From Elsinoe ampelina (taxonomy: Eukaryota), in NCBI GenBank assembly GCA_010093995.1, contig ML992542.1, forward strand, positions 1 through 39,319: 39,319 bases of DNA. Reading direction: 5' to 3'. Numbering within the stretch: position 1 is the first letter of the stretch; every line of letters starts with the position of its first letter. Of the stretch, positions 12,101 to 22,544 are shown piece by piece. A program made the translations under genes and the position numbers. A model generated the notes under the pieces. That model ran no database searches. It was given only the letters and a program-made list of their open reading frames with translations, and was not told the origin of the DNA.

Positions 12101-13380
12101 CTTCCTGCAGCCCAGGGGCTACGCATCGATGGATCACGGCGTCACTCCATTGCCGAGCAGGAATCTCGACGCTGCAGACATGTCTGCATCACTCTTCGAC
12201 CCATTACCAGTGACAGGGTTCGAGTATGACGAAGCGGTCGACTTTGCAGCGTCACGAGGGATAAGTGGTTTGGTGAATTCTTTGTTGAGCGACAGCACGG
12301 GAAATGAGCTTCACGCCAGGTTGAGTCAAGCTCTCAACGCAGCAGCCAGTCATGGTCATCTGGATCTCGCCGCGCATCTCATAGAAGATGGTGCCGACGT
12401 CAACGCCAGGACCTCAAAGTATGGAAGCGCACTTGGCGCAGCCGCGGCTTCGAACAGCCCAGCGGTAGTGGAATTGCTATTGGATCGTGGCGCGGACATC
12501 GATACCTTCTGCCGGCCCGGCGTTACGGCCCTTCATGTTGCCATCATTAGCCGGCACTTTGCAGCCATCGACTTGCTCTTACGACGAGGAGCCAGCGTGA
12601 ATCTTACTTGTGGCGGCAAGTTAGATGTGATCAACATCGCTTGGATGAGTGGAGACGGTGACATTATGAGACTCCTCAGATCACACGGTGCTCCAACGAC
12701 CAATCCTTTCGGCGCACCATACCAGCTCATGCTGTTTTCATGCCTGCCACGGCCGGACCTCGAGGAAGAGCTTCACGGTTTTGACATTGATACTGTAGAC
12801 CTCCTTGGCAGATCCGCACTGCATTTCGTAGCGTTGCGAAATGTCGAGGATGGAGGCGCATACACGATTGAGTCCCTGTTGAGAAGAGGGATGGACGTCA
12901 ACAACAGCGACAACCAAGGCTGGACCCCGTTACATTGGGCCGCACACTTGGACAATATTCCAGTCATGCTAGAGTTATGCAGGCAAGGCGCGGATGTGAA
13001 CCTCGAGGACATCCACGGTTGCACAGCGCTCGCAATTGCTAGAATAGGAGCAGCAGACCGTGCAGCAGAAGTCCTTTACGAGAAGGTCCAATGCGGTAGC
13101 AAAGAACTTGGGCCTTCTCGAGAGCGAAAGTCATTTCTTCCATTATGCGATTGCTGTACAAAGGTAAGCTGATACTCGCAAGACTTTGTCCTTATTGGTA
13201 CTGATCGACGAGAAGCGCCTGGTCGACAGCCAATACCACTGTACGGTTTGTCCAGATTACGATCTTTGCTTTAGATGCATCGAAGACGCTGTGTTGATCC
13301 ACCCCGGTCACACCTTTGTGGACACATTCAGGTACAGTGGTGAAGAGATGGCCGACGCCCTTCACGATTCGTTTTGGTGA
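9130..13380 (+). CDS. Fungal NLR-like STAND protein: PNP_UDP phosphorylase-like effector, NACHT, ankyrin repeats, C-terminal ZZ zinc finger; exons 9130-10150, 10200-11067, 11117-13163, 13216-13380 (1366 aa)
   Basis: PNP_UDP motifs YTVGWICAL, YTLGRIGKHNVVIA, GLMVGIGGG, DIRLGDVVVS, CFDMEAAGL, LVIRGIADYSDSHKNKQWQ. Walker A GGPGVGKS, Walker B WIVLDALDE, GMFLWA. Ankyrin units SPLHAAAYHG, TALHVA, TPLHWAA. ZZ CDCC..YHCTVCPDYDLCFRC..HPGH. Three introns restore one frame. Confidence 0.92.
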
Positions 13381-14320
13381 GCGTGGGATGCATGTGCCGT
13401 ACAGCAAGGTCCAGGGGCGTTGCGAGATCACGCCGTTGAGCCGTCACGGCAAGATCGTGCCGTACTCCATACACCAGCATTGGATACCAATAGCTCATTT
13501 ACACATCACAGCGAGTGGAATGAGATCGACGATCGCGCAATAATGCAAGCACGGCGCGGATATGGTGGGCAACGACAAAAAGGACGACGAAGCCGCTGAA
13601 GTATCATGCAGCCACCGAGCATCACCGATCTTGAGCATTACTAGCTTTCAATTACCACTATCAGTACCTCCGACGCCCCGCTACCCCACTAGACCCCTAC
13701 CGGACTTCTACAGATCCCGGGTGTAGCCAAGATGCGCATCTCTACTACAGCCAGCTTTTCCATGCTCGCGTCCACCTCCGCCCCAAGCTCTCGAACGACA
13801 CAGCATATGGTTCAGCCCAGAGTTTCACCGAACAAGTCGAAGCCTGACACTCGGCAAGTGAAGACGAGCAGACAATGTGTCCCGGCTCCCAAAGGTCTTG
13901 AAGTCATCGTTGAAGGCAAAGTCGGAGGCAGCTAAACGGGCCTGTCCATGTCGATGCTGCTGGGGCGAGTAGTGGATCAAATGCAGAGCTGAGGGACTGG
14001 CTTGGAGTTGACATGTAGGGAGAAGAGCAAGATCCAAAGGACTTGTGATTTGCATGTAATGTCACGTTCTTCCTCTGCCATGGGATATGATATGCCTTGT
14101 CACCATATGCTGGTGAAGGTTAAAATTTCGATAGAGAAAGTCGATCATGCTGCTGGCCCTTCACGCTAGCCTAGCGCCTGGGAGCCAGATCATGTGCCTC
14201 TCCCATCTATAATCCGTCGGTGCAAACGTTGTACAAAGAGAAACGAAGCCTCCTCCCATCTCGATCTCGGCCATATCCTTGACCACCTCAACAAGCCCTC
14301 ACTCGATCACCTCTCCCCCC

Positions 14321-15955
14321 TCAAACATCCCCCCTGTAGCAGTACTTGTCGAAACACGCGGAACACGCATCCGGCAACTTCCCCCCGGTCTTGCCCACCA
14401 ACGCACACCCAAGACACCTCCCCCACCCCTCGGTCCCATTCTGACTCGCCACCAGATTGCCATTCGCGATGATCCCCCTCGTCTGCTCCCTGCTGAACTG
14501 CACCTGGTACGTACTGGCGTTGCTCGGGAAACTATACGCCGCGTTGGGCAACCACACGATGGTCAACTTGTCCTTGTCGTCGCAGCCGAAGAAGACGGCG
14601 CGCTTGTTGAGCCCCTGCGCGACAAAGGTCTCGGGCGGCGGGACGGCGGGCATTTTGGTCAGGCCGGCGGATTGGGCGGCGAGGTAGGTGTTTCGGATTT
14701 GGACGCCCGAGGGGAACGAGTCGTCGGTGTCGGCGGTGTTGTCGCTTACGATCAGGGCGGTGACGGGGCGTTCGGGTTGGAGGAATGGCCAGATGGGGTT
14801 GATTTGGTCGTTGAGGCCGCCGTCGGCGAGGTAGAGGGTTGGTTGGGAGGAGACGGACGGGGAGGAAGGGGATTTGTAGAAGGGGTTGGGGATGTTGGCG
14901 AGGAGGTTGGTGGGGCTGGAGGGGATGAGGCCCGAGAGGACGCCGATGAGGGACGAGTTTTCGGCGGGGTAGGGGAAGCAGTACAGGGAGAAGATGTCGG
15001 AGCTGGTGCCGAACATGTAGCCGAGGTTGTCGAAGTTGGCGGTGCATTTGTTCGGGTTGGTGGGCTGAGAGTTGGTGAGGGAGGTGCCGAGGAAGGCGGT
15101 GGAGGTGAAGGCGCGGATGCCGTTGTCCCAGGAGCCGAATTCGTAAGGGGTGAATTCGTATTGCGTGCTGCTGGGGATGGGGGTGCATTGGCCGGCGCCG
15201 GTGTCGACGCTGAGTGCGGTCATGATGGGGAAGGGGACGTTGAGGGAGGTGAAGTTGGACTTGCTGGCTTGGCCGGAGAGGCGTTCGGAGACACCGCCGT
15301 TGGGACCACTAAGGATCTGATGAGAGATGAAGCGTCCCCAGGCATCAGGAATGGTGGTGTTGAAGCCAGCGGCATCCTTGGCCTTGAGGTCCATGGCTAC
15401 GGTGTTGTAATCGGAGCTAGCCAGCATGATATTTGCCACAAGTGCATCGTCTTGGAATGCATCAAGCCAAAGGGTGTCTCGAAGCTTAGAAATGGTCGGC
15501 CAGTTGTTGCCAGACAAAGACGAGAGGAGCCATGCGCCACCAGAGAGACCGGCATAGTAGGTGAGACCCTGGAAGAGACCTGAGGTGGCAAGGTTGCTGT
15601 CACGTCCGTCAAGACCTTGGACGACACCGGCTCCAGCAAGCAATGCACGATATCCACCGCCAGAGGAAGTAAGGCCGACGACAGGTAGGTTCGTGGTGTC
15701 GAAAGCGGGGTCGACCTTCTTGAGCCATGCAGCGAGGGCAGCGTTGGCTCTGAGCGTGCGTCCTGCGACGTAGGTACTTTCGGCTGTAGACAGACCCTTG
15801 GCGGCCCTGTTCAGGCCAGAGACAGGGCAAGAGACCGAAATTGGAGCATAGTCTGATTGAGACTGGCGGTTAGTGAGTCCAAGGCCACCGACAGCATCTT
15901 TAGCAGCAGTGGCGAGAAGTGCGACCGAGGCCACTATGTTGGAGACTGGTGCCAT
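14321..15955 (-). CDS. PLB1: Secreted lysophospholipase / phospholipase B (PLA2_B family), single exon, 544 aa
   Basis: Signal-peptide-like MAPVSNIVASVALLATAA; SGGGYRA, catalytic GLSGGAW, YEFTPYEFGSWD, FDNLGYMFGTSS, LADGG. No hydrophobic GPI tail. Start placed at ATG 15955, not the longer ORF-track start. Confidence 0.9.
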   Translation of the reverse strand: MAPVSNIVASVALLATAAKDAVGGLGLTNRQSQSDYAPISVSCPVSGLNRAAKGLSTAESTYVAGRTLRANAALAAWLKKVDPAFDTTNLPVVGLTSSGGGYRALLAGAGVVQGLDGRDSNLATSGLFQGLTYYAGLSGGAWLLSSLSGNNWPTISKLRDTLWLDAFQDDALVANIMLASSDYNTVAMDLKAKDAAGFNTTIPDAWGRFISHQILSGPNGGVSERLSGQASKSNFTSLNVPFPIMTALSVDTGAGQCTPIPSSTQYEFTPYEFGSWDNGIRAFTSTAFLGTSLTNSQPTNPNKCTANFDNLGYMFGTSSDIFSLYCFPYPAENSSLIGVLSGLIPSSPTNLLANIPNPFYKSPSSPSVSSQPTLYLADGGLNDQINPIWPFLQPERPVTALIVSDNTADTDDSFPSGVQIRNTYLAAQSAGLTKMPAVPPPETFVAQGLNKRAVFFGCDDKDKLTIVWLPNAAYSFPSNASTYQVQFSREQTRGIIANGNLVASQNGTEGWGRCLGCALVGKTGGKLPDACSACFDKYCYRGDV

Positions 15956-17223
15956 GTCGAGAGGTGGAGAAGCAGTCGGTGAGGGTAAGGGTAAGAGTGA
16001 GTGCCTACCTCGGGGCTTACCTTGTGATCTTATATCGTACCTTGACTCTTTACGAAGTAGGACTGGTCCTTTGCGAGATTGGATCATGTAGTGTTGGACC
16101 GAGTTCGTTTGAGGTAGGGTTGAGAACGGGTGCATCGTGTATTGGCAGTTTCTTGAGTTCAGATATGATCGTTGACTTGTGGGTCTGAGGGCAAGGCGAG
16201 TGGTACCGGTGGCAGGACCGGAGAATAGGAGGAGGATCTGCGACGAGCTAAATTAGATGTCAGTGGTACCATCAGTATGGCCATGCGAGTGTGAGTGCCA
16301 GGTGGTGAGCTAGACCGTAGAGCTCATGTTGAGTTGTTGTCATGAGGTCGAAAGGCTTTGCAAAGGCTTAGCCATGACTGCGGAGTTGCTGCCACGTTGA
16401 TTGCTAAAATAATGACGATTGCACAACGGTCTGCAGTCGAAGTTTGAGTCGAAGTAGACGAGAAAGGAGTGTTCGACCGACGACTTCTATTTTCGCCGTT
16501 GCAGGGAACGGCCGGAGGCACAAGTCTGTCTCAGTCGCACCAATCTCGGTGGATGGGGACGTTCGGTTCGTATTTCTACCTCATGCTGAAGCCGAGGTGC
16601 ACTAGTCAGAGTTGAACGGGTTTCGCTCAGTAGAATGAGATACCAGGCTTGCTTCGTTAGTGCGCTGTGCATGGCTGTAAAGAGTGACCACCTACTGTTT
16701 CTGTACGGGTTTACTTGTCCATGTTCGGCGGGTACGCTGAGCTACGCTCCAAGTCTGGGTAGGAGGGGTGAGGGCAGAGTCACTCGACCGATGAGACAGC
16801 AATGATAAGCTTTTGTATAATATTAGACCTGTCAGGCCGAGGCTTGTGGATATATGCGAAGATATCCAAAGAGGCTACAGTATTGCGATCTGGCGACGGA
16901 GTAAGCCCCAGTCGTGCGACACCCCTGCAGCCGTCTCACCGAGACGAAGACCCCTCGAGGAGATCATCACTCACCAGCAGCAGCAGCAACGTCTATAGCA
17001 CTCACACACATCAGCAGACAAGTAATGAATCCATGGACTATCCCTCTCGCTTTCCGATAGCCTGCCCTTCGCTTCGCAGTTCAATCCGCCGGGCGCAAAG
17101 ACTCCCCACTATGACATGAAAATTCTGCATACCATGACCCACCAACAAGCGCACAATGATCGAAATGAAGAATCCTCTCCAGTACCCAGCAAGAAGCCAG
17201 ATAAAAACTGATGAAAATGCAAT

Positions 17224-17465
17224 GTTCGCGTCAGCCAGAGGCAGTGCAATACTGGCGACACAGTGCCAACTGACATGAGCAAGCTCAGCGGTCAGTCGAC
17301 GAGATAGAAAAATAAGGATAATCTTAGAAGGGGTCGTAACCCCGTTTCAGAGATTAAACTGAAAAGAACAGATACTACACTTGATCTAAGCCAAACTGTG
17401 AAGACATTAGTGACTATCCATGGTGAGAAAGGGGAGGGATTTTGACATACAGGCAAAGAGAGCTG
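17224..17465 (-). ncRNA. U2: U2 spliceosomal snRNA, split gene: exon 1 ~17465-17451, intron 17450-17396, exon 2 17395-~17224
   Basis: Spliced sequence CAGCTCTCTTTGCCT|TTTGGCTTAGATCAAGTGTAGTATCTGTTCTTTTCAGTTTAATCTCTGAAA is the conserved fungal U2 5' end, including the branch-recognition GTAGTA and stem IIa. It is followed by stem IIb GGGGTTACGACCCC, an Sm-like ATTTTTC, stem III, and stem-loop IV GCCAG-TATTGCACTGCCT-CTGGC. Mature length about 187 nt; ends approximate. Confidence 0.96.
17396..17450 (-). other. 55-nt spliceosomal intron inside the U2 snRNA gene
   Basis: Donor GTATGT (17450-17445), pyrimidine-rich interior, branch point CACTAAT (17412-17406), acceptor CAG (17398-17396). Exact removal restores GCC-TTTT-GGC of U2 stem I. 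Confidence 0.92.
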
Positions 17466-17512
17466 AGGAGAAAAAAAAAAGAGAAAGAGAAATGGAAATG
17501 ATAGAAGAAGTG

Positions 17513-17520
17513 CTTATATA
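17513..17520 (-). promoter_or_regulatory. Probable TATA box of the U2 gene
   Basis: TATATAAG on the minus strand about 50 nt upstream of the U2 5' end, followed by a pyrimidine-rich tract. Confidence 0.55.
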
Positions 17521-18283
17521 CCTGGATGCTGAGGCGGCTCTGCAGAAGATCACGGGATCACCAGCCACCTCTGTGATCCACATGCGCGCCAAACTGGAAA
17601 GGGAAGATCACAGGCATCATGTGTCCCGTGCTTTGTTGATCCTGCACATGTGCCTGAGGCAGCTACAATGCATCGTCGTGAGTTGATGGCTGACAGAATC
17701 ATTCTGTGGTGGGAGGCGACTATCAAAGTTCCGCTCAACTTATCGCCGAGAGCTTTCCGAGATTCCCGCGACAATGACTTCGTCCAATATCAGATATATG
17801 CTGGCGTCAAGTCCATGTTGTTCTTAGATGTGGAAGTATGCATGCATGATGAGGTGTTCTCCTCACCGCCTGATAGTGGCATGTGCCCAGTGACATGTGC
17901 TCGACGACAAGAAGCAAGGTAAATCAAGAATGGTAAAAGACAATGAAAACTTACACAGAGATTACTTACATTCAATGTCGACATTGTATTGCAATTATGG
18001 TCAATGAGGTCTGGAGCTGGTATGGGGTGTGGTGTGTCGTGCTTACGTACAGACGGGATGGGCTCACGTGATTTTGGACCGAGGAAACGTGACTTGCTTG
18101 ACAATAAAAACACCATCGAGCATCATCCAGCAAAGTTTTCCACGACGTCTCAGAGTCTGCGCAATGCGTTATTCGTAATTAAGTTCTGGTAGATGCTGCA
18201 CATCGCTGTAAGCTAATTGGTATCATGCACTTTCTCACTTCCGCTCCAGCTACTACCAGGCCAGACGAAGCCAAGGTCATCCC

Positions 18284-19910
18284 TTAGCTATCCTCGTCAT
18301 CATCCTCCACAATCGCCCTCCTCTTCTTCTTCCTCCCTCCGCTCTCCTTCTCCTCAATAGCCTCTCCATCCTCCCCTTCGTCTTCCTGAATCTCAACCCT
18401 CTTGCGCCTCTTTTTCGTGCTCGGGGTGCCATTTGTCCCGTTCGAAGCTCCAGCAACCTTCTCACGCTTCTCGACACTCTCGAGGAGCCTCTCGTAGTCT
18501 TCCTTCAGACCGTCCACAGCTGCATCAACCTTTTCAACCCTCTCCTCCAGATCCAGCTGTGCTAGCGAGTCTCTGTTGAACTGGTAAAGCCTCTCCTTGG
18601 CCAGCAAGCGCCAGAAGTAATACTGTCGATCTGCCTCACTGCTACTCTTCTCCTTTCTGGTGATGCGTGAGGTAGATCTGTTTGGTCGCGGAATCGTGCT
18701 GAGGAGTTGCATCTCGATCAATCGGCTGAGCTGACGTGACTGAATCTTTGTCTCTTTGGCCAGCTTTGTGCGTGTTTCTTTGGGAAGAAGCAGATCGAGC
18801 GGTATCTCTTCCCCTGGTGCGAGAGCGGAAGAAGGTATCGAGGTCGGGAGCCGAAGAGATTTGAAGGTTGAGTTGGTAGATCGCAGGTAAACCATGTCTG
18901 CAATGTCCCGCATGTCGTCAAAAGCAGCATTTGGGTCCTCGACTGTGAGTTCTGTGATGTGATCGGGAGCTGTGAGATGCTGGTAAATGATCGAGTACAG
19001 CCGTGACCCTAGACCGGACCTTTGCCGTGAAGGTAGAAGGATGACTTGTGAAATGCGTTCCCGTGATGACAAGGAAAGTGGTGATGGCTTTGATGAGCTT
19101 GGATCTGACCAAGAGGAGACAATCTTGTCAAACTCTGCTTCGGGATGTGGTTGAAGTGTAGACTCGAGCTCATCGCCCCTCGCAGGTAGAGTGAATGCCT
19201 GAAAGGATGTGACATAGCCGGCTATGATGTACTTGGAGGTCGAGGGCGGCGGTGAAGGATCAACTTGGTACAGTATGAAGAGCTTCCACCTATCGACTAT
19301 CCAGGGGTACTCCAGCTCCATGATCGTTCCTCCTTCGATGAATAATGGCACCAGTATTTGCATATTGGTGATCAACTCTTTCGTCCGTGTATCAGAGAAG
19401 GGTGCCACCCACACCTCGTATGTGCCATCTCTTGCCTCAAACGTCTCCAGTCTCTTCCCAGGTGGTACAAAGTTTGGCGCATCTGCATCTGCTAGCGCGG
19501 TCTTGCGGTCGATCTTTTGGAAAGCTGTCGGCGGCAGAAAGTCTTCGAGTGGCTCGCGCACATCGGTAGCTCTTATCTCGCCTTGTGGTTCGAACTCTCT
19601 GTCCCATTTGATCTCGAGATGTGGTTTGAGGTTATGCGCTGCGTAGCTCAGGGATATATTTAATCCTTGGTATCCAAAGATTGCTTCTTCCTCGCCGTAG
19701 ATGGGGTATGTAAACTCTGGGTTGAATGATTCGACTTTCCGGTCGCCTTGGTATATGTTGATCGTGAATGCTTCATTACTGTTTGTTGACCCTGTACCTG
19801 ATCAGCACTTACTGCCGATCATTCGCAGTTCCCGGAGCTCACTTACATTCGCCGACTTGATCTTGAATTTGCTTGACTAGCCCCGAATCATCCTCGCTGT
19901 CGGACGCCAT
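18284..19910 (-). CDS. HAT1: Histone acetyltransferase type B catalytic subunit; exons 19910-19847, 19791-18284 (523 aa)
   Basis: EWSTNSNEAF, FNPEFTYPIYGEEEAIFGYQGL, MQILVPLFIEGG, RERISQVILLPSRQRSGLGSRLY, ELTVEDPNAAFDDMRD. Intron GTAAGT..CTGAT..CAG at 19846-19792. Confidence 0.92.
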
Positions 19911-20512
19911 GGTGAAGGGGGGGTGTGTGTGTCGCCAATGATGCTCGCTGGATGCTCCGCAGAGAATGTAAGGTTCTGGTGAAGGCTTGAACAAGTGAAG
20001 CTAAATTGAGACACGCTTGTGGACTTCGCGACGCGTTTTGATTGAAAGCTTGAGCTCGGTTTATGTAGAGCCGCATCTTGTTTGCTGCACTTGAGTCAAT
20101 GGGCTTCTCAAGAGGCACATGCTCTTATTTGATGACATTCTGCTCACAGATAAGCTAGATTTACTGCTGTGAGTCTTCAGATCCTTGCACAGCTCTGATT
20201 CATGCCGCTGTAAAGTTCTCTGATCTCTTCCATTATCTTTGTCATCAACATGCTCTTCCAACATGGCAGCTTTAGCCGGGAGCAATGGTTCGTCGGCGGC
20301 TTTCCCACGAGCTCCGCCCTGCAGCTCGCTCATCAGGGTTCAACAACTCGAGTAGCTGGAATTTGTCGAGAAACTACAGTCGCTGCATCCCTTCGCTTCA
20401 TTCAACCCATTGTCTTTCCTACCAACGATTGAGCGTATCCTCTGCAATCACTTACAACGACATTCCCATGGCTCCGTAAAAAGAGTCTAGCAAGCAAGAC
20501 AAGCCGGCCAAC

Positions 20513-21861
20513 ATGTGGGACGGACTGGTGGTGCTGCTATTCCTCAGCGCATCCCTCGCCGTGTCGTGAGTGTATCATACACAACATCTGCTATTAGTGC
20601 TGACTGTGTACATAGCTCCTATCTTGCCGGCATACTTCCATTATCTTTCGCCCTAAGTCGCAAGCACATGCGCCTGTTGACTGCTTGCGGTACCGGAATC
20701 TTGGTTGGAACAGCATTGATCGTGATCATCCCGGAAGGAGTCGAGACATTATACAGTGCCAAGTCGGTCAATACGCCGCATTCGCACAGCATGCGAGATC
20801 GATCGATTGTGATATCTGGAACGCCTTCAATACATCTGGTTGCACGCAACGAGCGAGGTTTGAATGAAGGTGGCAATGAGGTAGTCCTCGTCAAGCGGAC
20901 CACAGATGGAGACACGGCACTGAGCGACCCAGACGACTTGACGCCGGCTTCAGGGGCGCTCAGAGCAGAGCAAGAGGAGGCAAGTAAAGAGCCTGGTAAA
21001 GACCATAGTGTAGATCCAGGGAGAGCGCCGCAAGAGCACCACGACGACCACGATGATGATGAGCACGACTTTGAGCCGCACGCCTGGGTCGGCATATCAA
21101 TCATCACTGGCTTCGTCTTGATGTATCTCATCGACAAAGTTCCAAAGATTGCCTCGACGCAGTCGCATCTTCGCCCAGCATACATATCTTTGGAGCGGAT
21201 GGGTATTCGCGGTGGGCAGTCTGCGGATGATGACGGCGACGACCTCGGGCCGCCAGCGGAGTCTGGCAGCTTCAAGCCGTCTTCTACGACGACAGGCCTG
21301 GTGATTCATGCTGCCGCGGATGGCATTGCCCTTGGAGCTTCTTCAACATCATCGACGAAGAAGCTAAGCATGATTATCTTCTTCGCTTTGATGATTCATA
21401 AAGCCCCTGCCGCGTTCGGATTGACAGCCGTTCTACTCAAGCAAGGTCTTTCCAAGCGGAGAGCAAAGGCTCATCTGGTCGTCTTCTCGTTGGCAGCACC
21501 GGTGGGAGCGTTGGTAACATGGTTTGCTGCGCACATCTTTAGTGGGGGATCCTTGGGTCACGATTCGAAGACGACCTTTGTGACCGGTCTGCTGCTGTTG
21601 TTCTCTGGAGGCACATTCTTGTAGGTATATTTGACAGTCGTGAAGTTCTGCGCTGATGATCACAGATATGTGGCGATGCATACCATGCAGGACAGCGGTC
21701 ATGATCACAGCTCGGAGAATGGAGGAACAGAAAATGGATATGCAGATATTTATCAGCAGCAAGTTGCAAAACAAGTGGAGGGACCGACATTCATAGATAC
21801 CCTTGCCACAGTCGGAGGCATGCTATTACCTTTGCTGACCCAATTCGGGCATGCTCATTGA
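20513..21861 (+). CDS. ZIP-family zinc/manganese transporter (ZIP9/Atx2-like); exons 20513-20565, 20616-21620, 21666-21861 (417 aa)
   Basis: GILVGTALIVIIPEGVE, His/Asp-rich loop, TTTGLVIHAAADGIALG, HKAPAAFGL, LFSGGTFLYVAMH; two in-frame introns. Confidence 0.9.
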
Positions 21862-22544
21862 ATAGACAGACAATCGACGAGCTTTTCACGGTTACAGTAC
21901 GGAGTAATTAATGAGAAGATCTGGAGCGTGGGATGCGGTGGGCTCGAGGCAAAAAAAAGTTGATGGGTTCAGCCTTGGCGCAGCAGCCGTCCGGGTGCAT
22001 TGACGTTCATCACATGTCCAACCCTTTTGCAGACATTGGCCTGCAGACATTGGCCTTGAACCTTGGGCCTGGACGCTTTCATCACTTCTGGACTCTGCTT
22101 CTGTCTCTGCTGCGTGACCGCTTTGCCCGCCCGCTTGTACCTGGACATGTACACCTGACGACGTGACGCTACGCTTTCTATTCTTTCCCACCTGAATGAG
22201 AAGCGCCTGTCTTTCATCCACCGCCGCCCCCACCGTCATTGCCGCCCGGCGCTACCAGACCGCCCGCAACGCTCCCCTTTCGTTACACGCCAACGCTCGT
22301 TGCTGAGACAGGCCCCATTTCGACGTCTGATATTTCGCTTCGCGTCAATCAAAAGAGAAGGATTCTTGGACATTCGACATTCAAATTTACGAAGTCAGCG
22401 AGCCCGTCCCGCAACCAGCCTCTACACTGAGACAGGGCCCATCTTTGGTACTGGAAACCACAGACCTCAAACAACAACTCCTGCACCTGGACCGATCACC
22501 TTCATACATCGGCTGTCAGGTGATCCTCACACAATACCGCTGAC

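Noticed and set aside
14279..15583. 434-aa plus-strand ORF and other long antisense ORFs (e.g. 25971-26534, 29475-30230, 24456-25085)
   Set aside because: Shadow frames of real genes caused by GC-rich codon bias; low-complexity translations with no motifs.
15956..16135. 60-aa N-terminal extension of the lysophospholipase in the ORF track
   Set aside because: The signal peptide begins at ATG 15955; the upstream part looks like 5' UTR.
19792..19846. HAT1 intron has an internal CAG|TAAGT suggesting a stwintron
   Set aside because: The internal intron would be only about 34 nt and its removal would not rebuild a GT donor; a single canonical intron fits.
20125..20205. TGATGA...CTGA spacing resembling a C/D snoRNA (a similar weak case lies near 34855-34905)
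   Set aside because: Imperfect C box, no convincing terminal stem and no recognisable rRNA antisense element.
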